A DNA stretch of 64,000 bases from Klebsormidium nitens (taxonomy: Eukaryota; Plantae; Klebsormidiophyceae), in assembly GCA_000708835.1 (NCBI GenBank), contig DF237224.1:50493-114492 (forward strand), in the 5' to 3' direction. Below, piece by piece: positions 1 through 13,297 of the stretch. Numbering within the stretch: position 1 is the first letter of the stretch; each line of letters opens with the position of its first letter. The position numbers and the translations under genes are program-made. The notes beneath the pieces were generated by a model, which was not told where the DNA came from, made no database searches, and saw only the letters and a program-made list of their open reading frames with translations.

Positions 1-586
1 CCACGATAGACCCGCAAATGAACCCCACCGGTCCCCCGGGCATGGTCTAACTCAACATAGCCGTTTTCCACATGATTTCGAGACTACTACAACTCGTCCT
101 TTGGTTAAGAAAACACTCAGCAGAATTTTGCTAAGCAGTAAGTGCTTGAGCGGAGGTGCCGCCCCAAACAAAAGCAGATACGGTGGGCTTGTGAGGAACT
201 GGGGAACATTGGAAACGTGCTTACAAGTGTATTTTCAACCAGAGGATTTTGAAACGCGTACTTGAAACCTGGCGAAGCAGAACGCCGGGACACGAAACAA
301 TCTTTAAGAACACCAGGGTTGCCAATCATTGCTTCGAAAAGGGAACATACCGGCAAGCAACAACAGATCTGCAACTTGAGAGAGGTTTTCTATCGATTCC
401 AAGACAAGAGAAAACTGCTTTGACTAGTCGAAAACTTCTAGCCTGATTCTGCCAACTACACAGCAACCGGGCCAGCATGCACTTCGCCTTTTCTGACGAA
501 GATAGAGGCGAACGGTGTCTTGGAACTGTATACGTGCGATCGATACAACTTCGCCCAATCAGATTCAGCATATCAGCGCCACTTAC

Positions 587-3500
587 ACGAACGGCCCTTC
601 TCGGCAGTCGCGGCTCATCTTGAGCAGCAGCGGCGGGCGCCGGCTGTTGCCGTCCGTCAGGAAAAGTTGCCGGCCCGTCCGGCCAACGACCAGGGGCGCG
701 ATCGGGGCCGCTAACGTCTCGAGCGGCTTCAACCCAAGTAGGAACGGGAGCTGCAAACATAAGTGTCGATTCTATGAATAATAAGGAGGCGTATGAATCA
801 CTAGGTCATTCTACCCTAACCCAACCGATCGCCCGCACTGCACCCGAACCCACTAGATTAACCCCATCCGTCCCCCGGGCGTAACTTTATTATTCATAGG
901 GCGTATTTTTCATGGTATCGAGTTTTATGCTGCAATCGATCAAAGTTAGTCAATCTGTGTTCGTACCTATCCGAGTCGTGCGAAGTAGTGGTGAAGAATC
1001 GAGTCGGATCTATCATCCTTCCGTTAAAGAAGCGTTACTGAAGCGACTTAGATGTCAATCTTTATGTCCGGGAAGTTAAGGTACGCTCGCAAAGAGCTCT
1101 ACCGAAACGCAAAGGAACTGCTGCAAGTCAATTCTGATATCCGGCTCTTGAAAGGTCCTGCTGACATCATGGTGTTGGCGACGCCACTTGACACCTGGCC
1201 TGCTCTCTCGCGTTCGATCTTCAACAGGTGTGCCAAGTCTTCACAAAAAGCGAAGGCGCAGAAAGCTGTTGCGACTCTCGGCCTCTCACCTGCTTGTTTC
1301 CTCGCACGCCCAGGTGCGGAGACGCGAGCGTGACGAACGCCACCGGTTCGAGGCCAGCAATGGTCGGCAACTCGACGGGCCTGCAGAAAATTGTTGGCAG
1401 CAATGTAAGCTGCGCAATATAGAGTGAGCCAAAAGGGGAGCCATCACAACGTGATTCTCATTCACACTTGGGCCCACAGACAGTCAGATGCAGTCCGTTC
1501 TGGTGAATGTTGTTGTTTGCTTAGGAAACCGTTGGACCAATTGCGAACTCTGGCGAAAGACAGTTGCCTCTTGAGACACCAAACGGCCTAAGCTTGCAAC
1601 TACTACTTTATCGAACCTGCTTTGACCCAGGAAACTCCCACCTCTGGGGCTTTGTAGGAAGCGCAGTACTCCGACGCACTGGGAACCTTCAAGTACGAGC
1701 AATTGTTGACTGACAATTTCTTTTTTAGGAGCCCTGTCGTCTCCATCACATGCATAACCCTTTCGAGCTGAAGTGCCGTGAAACGTTCGTGTAAGGACAA
1801 CCTTGCATTTACGAAAGCATTGACCTCTTCTAGAACAGACTGTCAGGAGGCTTCGACACTTGACAATCCTTTTGCCAATGTACTTCATGGACTGTGCGGC
1901 AAGACAACTGAAGCTTCTTGCTTACGAAGCAGATCTCAAGCCCCGTTTCTCACATATCGAGTAGACTGTCCTGCCTTGACCTACATAAAGATCGTTTCGT
2001 CTCTGTTCACTGGCCGCAGAGTTTACGAATGTAGGTGAGCTCGAGTTCCTGAACAAGCAGCTCGTTTTCGATCGAGGTTTCAACCAGAGGGAGCGTTTCC
2101 TTCACCTGCTCAGCTTTTCTCTGTTCGGTAGGCTCCCGTTTGATTCTGCAATTTCAGGTGGGCTCCCACTGGAAAATTGCACTTCTGGTTGGCTCCCATT
2201 GGTCTGTGCTATTTCTCGTGAACTCCCATTCGTCTGTGCAGTTTTCGGTGGGCTCCCGTTGCTCTGTGCGGCTTTGGAGGCAATCAGGACGGGATGGTGG
2301 GGGGGAAGCGAAGTGTAGAGGACCGAGACTGCGTAGCGCGCAATCAGGCCCCCCAGAGAGTGCGCAACGAATGAGATACGGACAAGGCTGGGATGTGAGC
2401 GCACAACTCCTCGGATCTGCAGCAGCCAAGGAAAGAGGGCGGTCAAAGACCGAGTGGACTAGCATAGAAGGATTTCAATTGGTAGGAGAAGGCCAAGCAT
2501 TCAAGATACCAGAAGCGGGAACCTTGTGGTGAATTGACTTGAGAATGATCTTGCAATTAAGTACTCAACCTTTAGGAGGCCATCAACCTCCATAACACAG
2601 GCTTCCGCAGAATGTCTAGTACCAGAGGTTGGTGAAAAACTGGCCATCAACAAAGACAGGTCGCTTCTACGTTTTTAATCCCTTGCTCACTTCCCCTTAC
2701 ATTGCCACACCACGGTTTACGGGTGAAGCTGATTGACAGCGTCGATGCGTGGTTCTTACCTCCTCTGCCAGCCTCCTTCCTGCAACATCGATCCCATGTA
2801 GGGTGTTGAACCAGCTGTTGGACATACTCGCTGCACAGACATTGCAAGACATCAACAGACAATACAAGTCAAGTTCATGAACTGACTGTTGATTGCTTCA
2901 TGCCTTTGTTGAAAGAAACGTCCACCAGGAATGACACAGTCCATGCAAGATGGGTTTTAGATCATAGCGTGGCAGCATGGAGGCTTAATGATTATCTGAT
3001 TGGTTCTTAAGCCGAATAACCTGACAAGTTGGGCAGGTTGTGATCTTCTGAAGGACCCTCAGAATTTAGTTCAGACCATTGAAGTCTTTAAAAGAGTAGA
3101 CAGGCCGCAAACCACTGTTCCTTCTTTCAATTCACTAGAAACCATCTGTGTCAATAAGATACGGGAGGTTGAGGAGGACTGTGGCAAGCAGAACATACCA
3201 TACACATAGACATTCTTCCCAAGGCGTTTGGAAAGCTCCTCTTTGGCATACTTCCAGTCTTGAGCGCTGCTCAGAATTCCGTTGATTAGGACCTGTGAAG
3301 AGAAAGCTCGTTTCAAAAGCAGACCCAGGCAAATGATTGTGGGTGTGTCTGAGAAAGCAACAGGCAAGTGCTAGTCTGACAGACCCAAAATCCTGGCCAC
3401 CTCATGGCACTTGTGCTGAAAAGAAATCAAATATAAGAGTTTGTGCGTCAATATCGCAATTGTCACATCATGGGACTTTGCTTTGGGTTCTCCTGGGCAC

Positions 3501-4052
3501 TGTTGAAATTGGTATTTCTAAGACTACTTCGACTGAGCAAGGAACAGCGGGCATCAACATCGTCAGAATGTTTATGCTAGAAACATCTCTGGGATGGACT
3601 TGAGCAATTCAGAGCTACCTGGACAAGAAACTTACCACCAGGTGTGTAGGCAGGAGCGGCACCTCAGATGACTTAGACGGCCTCGATGGCCCTTGTTGAC
3701 TCCCAACTTCAGGAGCGATTACTGCCGCCATCCTCCAGTCCCTCCCTGCCAAGTACTTGGAAGCTAAACTTTCTGAACTGGACTTCAAAGCTCCTAGATT
3801 AGAACCCCATGCCCCTAAGCCGCTAGCTTTTGACAGCTCCCGCCGCGCCAAAGCTGGACGCAAACCAAGGTTGCCAGCACGGCAAACGGAAGACGAGCAC
3901 GCAGAGTTGTCCTGTTTCAGATTCAAAAGCAAAGTGCGCAGTCCATGGCTAAGCTCTAGCCTGACGCCCTGTGAAGCGAGGCCTTGCCATTTGGGAGCCT
4001 TTTCAGCTCTGAATGTAGATGACAAAAGTGGCCTCCCTGCGCTTTGAACCAT
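587..4052 (-). CDS. DUF676 putative lipase/serine esterase (alpha/beta hydrolase), 3' end beyond left edge
   Basis: Phase-consistent exons 4052-3636, 3292-3199, 2830-2760, 2416-2106, 1380-1290, 750-587. They give HLVVLINGI..DWKY, TLHGIDVAGRRLAEE, ISFVAHSLGGL (nucleophile motif), FVTLASPHLG and VVGRTGRQLFLTD..PPLLLKM. The next exon was not found in the window. The start ATG is inferred. Confidence 0.9.
2131..2280 (-). repeat. Coding 30-bp minisatellite, 5 copies
   Basis: Units start at 2131, 2161, 2191, 2221 and 2251 (ggctcccRtt...). They encode decapeptides such as IAQTNGSQPE. Confidence 0.9.
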
Positions 4053-4632
4053 TCTGAAGCTTGCTGCACCAGTTCCTGCATGATTGAGCCGTGCTGAGCA
4101 GCTAGGGCGCCCACGCCCAGCCAAAATATGTAGCGTCCAGTAGCGGGCAGACCGTATGGGCTCCACCGCGGGCGCGTCCACCAAAATTTGCAGACGTCTT
4201 TAATACGGCCTCTTGGCAGCCATTTGCACCAATGTTCGGCTCAACGCACCCGGTGGAGCCGTCAGTGTCAAAGACGAAGCGGCCGTATGTCTGACTTTCC
4301 CAGCTAAAATGCAAATTTTGGGCATTCAATAGGACCGGTCAAATGACACCCACCGATGGCGGAAACTTGTAGAGAACGTATTGGGACCCAGTCAAGTCGA
4401 TTTGCCCTTGTGGGCAGTTTGGATATGACGAATCCGCCCGCTTACAATTCTGCTCGCGCCAACTTTTTGGCTGGCGTCTGCGCCCTCTGGTGCTGAGTCT
4501 CTGACTTGGTGAACCCTTTGCTGTCATCCAACGTGCCCAGTTTTAGAATCCGTTGTGCTGATGGTGGATCACGCTGTTTTAGGCAGAGGATTAACTGGGC
4601 GCTTGGGTTGAGATCCTCTGCGGGTTTGCTCA

Positions 4633-4732
4633 AAACCCTAGTTGAGTCAGCTTGAAAGAAACGCATTCTACCTATATCGATCGCGGATTATCAGCTAGGT
4701 ACCTCTGCACTACCTTTCAAGTTTTAGGGTTT
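4633..4732. promoter_or_regulatory. Two telo-boxes in the divergent promoter/5' leader
   Basis: AAACCCTA at 4633-4640 and TAGGGTTT at 4725-4732, upstream of the ATG at 4943. Function is inferred from plant promoter knowledge. Confidence 0.45.
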
Positions 4733-4942
4733 CAGCTTTTGCTGCTTCAACTTTACTGCTTCACCACATGTGGTGGACCTACGGGCCAGCTAGCGCTTTT
4801 TGGCGATGCACGAAGGGAAACAGCATTACAAATTCTAGTGCATGTCCTCTGCAAACCTTTTCGTAAATCATTCATCCACGCAAGGCAACATTTGGCTTTG
4901 TCTCTCGAACGCTGTCCCGAGCGACCACCATACTTTTCCGCC

Positions 4943-7567
4943 ATGGCGTTCAAGCTTCCCCCTCCTCCTTGGCAAAGCCCCAGCTGGCATGGCGCACCGC
5001 CCGCTTTGGATGACATCATCGCCAGCCTGGATGAGCAGCGACAGGCTCGGGAACTGGCCCTGCAACTCAGGCTTGGCATTCAAGATGCCCAGGCAGAGTT
5101 CTCTTACCTGCGACTGAAGGGACTGAGGGCCCTGGCAGCGACAGTGGCCGCCTGTCTCGCGGATTCAAAGTGGACCAGGAGGTTTAGAGAAGCGCAGCTT
5201 AGTCCTGAGTTGCAAAGTAAGCTGTTTGGGAGCTTGAGTAGGCATTGTGCAGATATGCGTCTGGTTTCGGCTGGCCCTTCCATTTAATCTTTTCATTGAC
5301 CACATTGATTTGTGCTGAAGATGAGATGGTCGCCCGCTCAACATGTCTTTGCTTGCCATCGATCAGTTTGGCCACGAACGTACCTAAAAGGCGCAACAAG
5401 GTTTTGTTGTCGAGTAATGTGGAGAAAAGGCAGAATGGCATCTGGGTTTGAGACACGGAGTCTGGCCTTCCTCTGCCTATTCTATGACTCTCCTCTCGCC
5501 CCTTCAAAACTCCAAATGCGTGTTGTGTTGTCTGCTTCCGGCTTAGCCGGCGGCCCGCTCGTCATGTTCCAAGCCCCTTCTCCTAGCAATCAGCCCAGGG
5601 CACTCTATCTTTCCAACCGAAAAACAATTCTTACAACGCCCCTTCAGATGCCAGTCGGACATGTCAAACATGTACCCTATCCTCTCTCCCGCAGTTGTCC
5701 CCTGCCTCTTCTCGCATTCTCTCGCCCCACCCCCCCGCTCCCAGCCCCCCTCCCCTTCCGGCAGCCCCGGTCGAGTCCTGGGCCAGCCTGCCGTCCCTTT
5801 GAGCCCCCCAGGGGAGGAAGAAGTCGTGGTGGCCTTGCATCTGCTGCAGGGATGCTGCTTGGTGAATGCAATTTGCAAAGAGCAGGCAACAAAGCGAGGG
5901 GCTGTGAAGGTGCGCTTTCTCAAAGCGACCTTTGAAGAAAGACCACCTTTTATGAATCTTCGTGTCTGACGGAAGATTACTTGTTGGATAGGCCATATTG
6001 TTGCTGAGCAGACTTGCTTGTGATTGAGACCTCAGGGACCCTGAAGATATCCTCCATGTGTCTCCTGGCCATTTCGATTCCTGTTGTGGAGGATGTTTCT
6101 GCCAGTAAAAGACAACCATGTAATTCTCTGCATTTCTTTTGGCTGGGAAGAGCATTCAGGAACCTCGATCATTGGATTTTGTCTCTGTTCGATACGAGAA
6201 CTTGCTGGCAAGTCCGTGATCCCTGTACCACTCATGTTGGTCAAAGTGCTGGGGCTGAGTTTGACTTTGCTTCCCCTGTGGGTGGCAGTTTTTTGCACAC
6301 TCTTGCCTCACAATCGACACTTTCCAGTCCTGTTGTACAGGCTCTGGCAGAGCGCTTGCTAGCTGCCACGGTGGTGCCAGTGAGGGTGGCATGCTTAGAC
6401 GCTCTGCTGACACTGCTCATTGGCAACCCGGAGAATGTGCAGGTAAGGCCCAGAAAGAAGGATCGACCTGGCAAACGGAAGTTGCTCTGCCTGACCCAGT
6501 CCAAGAACATGTTGCAGTTCAGGAGTCAGGAAAGATCAGAAGCGTTTGTGTGGCTATGTTGCATAGAGCCGCCTGAAGAGTCTTTTGCTCATTGGACAAA
6601 CTGGCGCCTGAAGTACAGTACAAAAGGATGATCTGTAAACGTCGTTTCATTAGCTCCAGACAGAGACAGCAGGTCAACGTCACTCCTCTCAACTACAAAT
6701 TTTGCGCATCTTTCAGGAATTTAAACGGCTGGGCGCCCTTAAGCAGACAACGGACCTCGTACAAAACGCGCATGTCTTGGAGCAAGTACGGTAAGGATGG
6801 CGCACCTATCATCCTTCCCAGTTTTGGCTTTGAGCACTGTGAGTCCAATGAGTCCCCGTTCGTTGGAGAGCCGCTTGAGGATGTTCCGAGGCCACAATTA
6901 GTGAACTTCATCGTAACATTGACTGCCTTGATGAGTACTAAGCCCTCTTTGACGGGCTGTCTTCGCATGTGAGTCGCTCGGGAATCATGCTGGAATCATC
7001 TGTACTGACGAGCTGACTCCCCTTCTTAGTTGCAGAGGAAAGTAATTGATATCCTCGTGTAGGGAACCTTGCAGAAGAGGAATTTACTTTGTAGTCGCCG
7101 TAACGCAGCAAAGACCCGGAGATACGTCCAAATCTTTCGGCCTCCTCTTCACGAAAGTCCGGAACTGAACGCCTTGCTCTGCCGAAATTCAGTCATTAGT
7201 CACGAAGACAACACTGAGTAGCGACGGACAAACGAGATGACATACTCTTCACGAGCAACGCCTTCTCAGGGTCACGATACTGATCGAAGTTGCATTGCCA
7301 TTGTGCGTCGCTTTAGGTTGAGACTGTTTCCTTCTATGCAGGCTCAAAGCTCTGGAGTTCTTGGCCCTATTGCTAGCTGACGCTTCTCACACCGCCAAGC
7401 AGTACCCTGACGGGGCCGAGGATCTTCCGACAGCTTTTGAGGAGGAGATCCGCACCGCACTGGGCACTGTCGTTCTCAATCAGCTGCAGCAAGCAGTAGA
7501 GAATGGTGCCTTCATTGAAGGAAGACTGGAAACGCTTGCACAGAGCATCCTCCATGCCACTGTATAG
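4943..7567 (+). CDS. ARM-like protein of the plant family annotated CDC14 SIN-component-like (not the phosphatase)
   Basis: Phase-consistent exons 4943-5216, 5695-5909, 6341-6442, 6717-6790, 7342-7567. Motifs AEFSYLRLKGLRAL, IVPCLFSHSL, VALHLLQGCCL, ACLDALL and RLKALEFL match the recalled plant family. Confidence 0.7.
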
Positions 7568-7599
7568 GTCTGCCGCGGTCAGGTGACTGCGCAACGATG

Positions 7600-8500
7600 T
7601 AGAGCTTGCGCACACGCACCTGTTTCGAAAATAAAGTCGGGCACTTTAAGCGAGGTTAATTGGTAATTGCTGCCTAGCATGTATTAGTGGCGGTCCTTGT
7701 ACTTGCAAAATGACTCAATTGAGCGACTGAAGCCCACGCGTCGCGTGCCTAGCGGTGGGCCAGTTTTACCCCGTCCATATGGTGCGGATATTGTCCTTTG
7801 AATTAAGTTGAGCGGGTGCTTTAGCCGGCTGCCGCAGATGTATTGCCTTCATTCAATGAACCACGGAAGCTTACTAAGCGCCGCTGCAATTAGCTTGATC
7901 GTGATCGCGCGCGCTGGAAACCATGCACAAAGCTTCAATCGACATATGATATCGAATGCATGCCAAGTTATAATATCGATCAGTAAGTATGTGGACGCAG
8001 TCCTGACTCATGTGCGCGGAGCGCAATGGATTAAAGTGCGCGACACTGCTTTGCGCCGAAGTGCAAACTTGAACTATACGCCCCACGCGCGCCGCGCGGT
8101 ACAGCCCGTTGTCGAAACCAACTTGATAGGAGATCTTCAAATACATGGTCACTATATACACGATCGCGGCAAGAGCCTGATGGTAATCTCTCAACTATTT
8201 GACGCCGGCCCGGCCCGTAGACATGTTGATCGTCAGTGCATCCCTGAAGCATTGCCATGTGTGGTGGGCCGGCCGTTCTGTCGTTACTAAGACATGCAAG
8301 CAGGCCTTACGTAGCATGCCGCCATAGCCCGGAACATACAGCGGTCATATCTACGTTCAAGAGCTAATAAGGCGGTACGTTGCAGATATTGAGGCCGGAA
8401 ACAACGTGACTCCAGTGAAAGGATTTGATGGTCGCCAGGTACTTGAAGTCGAAGGCGACGCTTCATTGAAGTATGCATGTGCAGCAGAAAGACTTCGCTC
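7600..8500. other. Convergent intergenic island rich in RY alternation and short palindromes
   Basis: Alternating runs at 7607-7619 and 8471-8483, with many GCGC/ATAT/TGCA/GATC words. Boundaries are approximate. Confidence 0.4.
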
Positions 8501-9063
8501 AATCTCACTGGAAAAGTTCAGGTACGATGGTCACTGAGTCAGCTCCGCTATACGCAGCCTGACTGCTGGGGTTTTGGCCGCGCAAGGTCGTATGATTTGA
8601 GGTCCTTTTGAAGGGAGTGGAAAACTCAATGGTGTGCGAGCAATGACACTGCATAACGTTTCTTTAAATCTTATCTCGGTTTGCTCAGTGTTCAACCGTT
8701 CCTCATCTTTCAATTTTGTCTTTCATTCCCTACAGTTGCTGTCCAGCTATAGAAGAGCTTGTGAGCGCATTGGGACAAGCAAAATCGGGTCCAAAACTTT
8801 CTACTCTACTCTGACAATCTTCTAAAGTACCTTCTTGACTGTTCACCTGCAAGCTTTGATTTCTATCGTGACCTTGCGGCTTCAAAGAAGTTCTCTCATG
8901 TATGCTCGTATCGCCGCCGATCTTACTTCCAAGCAATCTGTTGTCGCATCCTATGCCTCTGACTCGTATACCTATCCACAGCTTTGTACCTTTTCGCAAA
9001 AAATGTCTCTATCACCGGCTTTTGCTGGCTTCCACTAACACCGACCTTCTATAAGAATTGCTT

Positions 9064-12000
9064 TCAAAATCCAAAGAGAGCGGCATCTTCCTCGTCGATA
9101 TCGTCTGCATCCCATTCGTCCTCCTCTCCATCTACGTCATCGTTCTCGTCTTGATCATCATCCCCGTCCATATCTTCGTCCTCTTCCTCCTCGTCCACAT
9201 TTTGCGCCGCGAGACGGGTGCACTCCTTTCTGTGGCGCGCCTTCCAGTCTCTCTCCTGACAGACTGCACATTTGACAAAGGAGGAGTCAGAACAGTGGAC
9301 GCTGTAACTCGTTTCGGTTTTTCAACTCTTGCACTGCTCTTATTTCCTTCAAAGACATTGATAGGCCAAAGATTCAGAAACGCGCTTCATCAAGTCTGTT
9401 GTTTGATCAGCACTGAATCAGTGATGACGCTCTGCAATCGACTAAAAGCAGCGGAATCACCATCTTGATTGGTCCTCACCTGTTGAGCAGTAGTTGACGC
9501 TCCCACATGCGCTGCACCTCCTGAACTCGTGCCGCCGCGTCTCCACCCGCCCGCAGTGCTCGTGCGAGCACAGCCTCAGGCCGGGGGCTCCCCCCGGCAC
9601 CACTCGCGCCGCCTTTTTGAACCAGTTCACCATGAACGCGGTCGAGCTGTCGCCGTCCAAACCCTCCAAACCCTGCGCGCCGACGTCGCGCCTCCTGCCC
9701 TCCCTCCCCCTTGGACTCTTCTTCCCGCTCGGGGACTCCAGCCCCTTCCTCCTCTCCGCCTCTTGCCTCGCCACTCGAAAAGCCGCGATCGCTTTCTCTG
9801 CCTCCACGCGCGCGCGCTTCGTGGCCTGGCTGACCTGCGCCACGATCGTGGGCACCTTTCCTTCCCCGCCGTCCGATCTCCCCTCCTCCACGGTCGCCTT
9901 CCGGGGGCTCGCCACGCCCATGTTGGTCGGCCGGGGAATGAAGCGCGGCCGCCTGTTGGGCCGGGGCGAGTCTCCGGGCTGTGGATGGTAGTGGTCACGT
10001 GCACGAAACTTCAGGGCTTGCGGCTGCTTCATGCTGTTGACGAGGGCCTCCATCGCCTTCTCGGTCGCGGCCGCGTGGTCGCCGTTCTCGAGCAGCTGCA
10101 GGAGCTTGCGGCCGGCGGGGACGTCCTGGATCAGCCCGTAACCGTGCTGCAAAAGGGGGAGGAAAATCTGGTTCAGTTTGGGTGGTTGCAGTTGATTCGA
10201 CTCTGCTGAGTGCTGCATTTACTTTCTTCTGATGATTTTCCAGAGCTCTAATTGTCTGTGAAAAGGAAGCCTGTTTCATCGCTTCAACGCGGCATGATTA
10301 GGGACACGTCAAACGAAGTGACTTTGGAAGTTTCAAAACGACTAAAGAAACCCCGTTGGCTGAAGAGTCAATCAATCCTTGACGGTTGGATGCATCTGTT
10401 GAAAGTGCAGATGAAAGAGCATTTGCTCCGTATCGAGAATGTATCGAAGCATCAAGAAGCCTGCCAGCGAGATTGTTGCTGAGATCTTGACATTCTTAGA
10501 TTCATGATAAGAGAATAAGTGTTTGCGGTTCGGGAACCGAAATACATCGGCTTCCCTCTGTCAGGGTTATCCTTCTTTTCCAGATTAAACCAAGGACCCT
10601 TGACAAAACGATGCTCTAATTGTATGCTCGAGGTGGCAGTGCTCGAGCCACAAGCGAGAGTCACCTCAAGCACGAAGCAACGAAGCTGCTCTAGAGCAAG
10701 CCTTCAAGAAACTGAAAGTTCGAGAAGATCTGCTGACCTGTAGGCAGTGTCCTAGCTCTCTGACCGCGTCCAGGTGTCCCAGCAGCGCGGCTCTCGCGCA
10801 CAGAGTCACTCCCGAGACGAGGTCCTTGTCCTCACGTGCCCCCCCGCTGCCGTTGAAGTGAATGACGGCAATGGCGTAGACGGCTGCAGGATGGTCGGCG
10901 ACCGCGGCCCGGTTGAGCAACTGAATGCCCTCAGTGCGGTGGGTGGCCCCCAGGCAGTAGAAGTAAATCTGGAGAACAGCACGAGTGAGGTAAGCGAAGC
11001 TCCTCGTGCGTAGGCTAATTTTCAATGCAACGATGGGAAAGGACTGCCGTGCTTCATTCGAAAGTTTGGTTGCTCAAAAATAGTCGTACCAGACTGTTAC
11101 GAGTTCAGCCTGCTAAGCATTACAATGATCGATCAAGGAGTATCCATGGAAGCCTGGTACGCTTTCCCCACGCTCGCCGCCCTTGGAAGTGCCAGATTGC
11201 AAATGACCTCTCTCGTCTCTTCTTCGCTTCGCTTTACATCAAGTCGGGAGAACGAACTGCGAACGGTTCGATGCAACACAAAAGGACGCCAGAGATTAAT
11301 AATCAGCCCTGTCCTGAGAATCCACATCCCTGCCTAAAGCTGAAAGAAACAATAGCGTTCGTGTGGCGATGAGTGCATGAATCCAGAATGATATGAAACG
11401 ATTGCTATCCTGGACTCCTGGTGTCTGCTTCACAAGAAAAGCTCCACCCTATTTCGAGACAGTCAGTCACAGATCGAGGAATGATCAAACCAAAGCTGAG
11501 GCAACTGAAAAAACGTCATCAGATGCTTGTGGACTATCTCTACCCTCTGCAATCTTGCTCGTTGAAGACCGACAAAGAAATTCTAACATCTTGAAGCATG
11601 CCTGGAGGAACGGGTTTGTACCAATCATGGTCTTGTGCTGAAAAGCTGAGTGCTCCAGGATGTTTTCAAGAACTCTTCAGAACGACTTGCTGTAATAGTC
11701 AGCTTTCCATTAAAGAGCAAGGACGACAATCGTTGTCACAAACATCGTTTTTGCCCTTCTATATTCATGAATGCAATTGTAACTCTCAAATCCTGTCAAA
11801 GAAAGCTTTGTCTTACCAGGCCCAATCTGTATGCGGCCTCCATATTCCCAGCATCTGCACTTGCTTTCAAGAAGGATTGTGCTCCATCCGACCAATTGGA
11901 GGCTGTCGAGGCAACCGAGGCAGTGGATGCCATAGCAAACACTCGGGGATGCTCAGCAACCTCAGCAAACCTTCGACACCTGAACGGTATTTGAAAAGAT

Positions 12001-13015
12001 TCTGTAAGCCATTGCCACAGACTTGCAAAAGGCGGAACCTAAGCAGTCCACCGCAAGTTGCAACTGGAGAGGATGTAGTCTCTACCCATTCCCACCTAGC
12101 ATAAACTTTTGAATGCTCATAGGATTTTTCGGAATGATAAATGCATCAGACTGCAGTATCTTAACAAGAAGCCAGCTTCTCAATTCCTGTACTGACCATA
12201 GTCATGCATAGAAGCAGAATCAAATAAACTCATCAGGATCTGGAGACCAGCAACGGAACCTGTGCACGAATATCTCTTGAGCAGGTGCAGCTCTCTTTTT
12301 CCATATCACAGGCAACAGCATGCATTGAGTAATTGTGTGGAAAGACCTGGATTTGCTACTGACGTTGACTTAAGGGCCCCAAGGTCTTTGGCAGAAGCGG
12401 CATGGTTGCTGACTGCACTGAAAATGTCAATGAGGAGGTCGTCCTGGAAGAAAGACAGAAAGGCTGGATGTCAGATTCAACGCGAGAATGTAGGCTGATT
12501 GCAACTTTATGCATTCTGAATGTGCCAAAGTAAGAGAGCAAATTTAATGGCGCACTGTACCTTTTCCTAGAGTTCGAGAATGCGGATGTCCATGTCTCCA
12601 TCACATGATGGACCTTTAAACTCGAATACCAACCAAAATTGTCGGTCTTATTGCACGATGTAGACACAGTTGCTCAAAGCAATGATCTTCCTTCTTTGGA
12701 GGATGACTAAGGCTTTGCTAACCAGGGCAGAGCATAGTCTGCAAGTAGGAAGTCTTTCGTCAAAGCAGCATGTTAACAATCATTGTTTGTAATTAGATAT
12801 CTTACCGGCAGACAATCAAAGGGGCTTCCTCTTGACGTTTGCACAGGTCCCCTGCCAGACTTGCGGAGTCGTTTGCCAGCCTGAACGGTTGTTATGTCGC
12901 ATAAGACAGGAACCGTCATCTCCTTGATCCCAGCTCGTCTTTTCGCTGGTCTACCATTTGCAGCCTCAATCGCAGCAAGAGTCATATAGAGCCGCTTCCC
13001 GCTGCGCGTCTTCAT
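9064..13015 (-). CDS. F-box / Sel1-like / MYND zinc-finger protein (At1g67340-like) with acidic tail
   Basis: Exons 13015-12806, 12443-12364, 11979-11817, 10968-10738, 10146-9480, 9263-9064. Motifs FDCLPDDLL, NWSDGAQSFL, HFNGSGG..DKDL, RELGHCLQHGYG and LCSHEHCGRVETRRHEFRRCSACGSVNYCSTVCQERDWKARHRKEC. Confidence 0.9.
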
Positions 13016-13269
13016 TGTCCTTCAACTCGCCCGGGCCTAAGCTATCAAGGGCCCTACAGTCCTTGGATTCAGTCGTATCAAGGTATCAAGAGTGTCCAGC
13101 GAATGACTACATAACAGGAGTATGAGAAATTACGGCGGCACTAATCTGAAGAAGGCTCCAGGATGCTAAAGAAGCTCTCAAATCAAAGCCAAAAAGCTTT
13201 ACCACCCGTCCTGCTTTGGTTATCTCTGCTGCTTAGAAGCAATCCCCTTCTCAGAAAAAGATCAGCCAA

Positions 13270-13297
13270 TACTCTACGCCTCTTACTCTACGCCTCT
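13270..13297. repeat. 14-bp perfect tandem duplication
   Basis: tactctacgcctct x2. Confidence 0.8.

Noticed and set aside
9494-10209. Long + strand ORFs (165 and 226 aa) over the MYND gene, and similar antisense ORFs at 20982-21779 and 45544-45954
   Set aside because: They are shadows of GC-rich exons on the opposite strand and carry no recognisable motifs.
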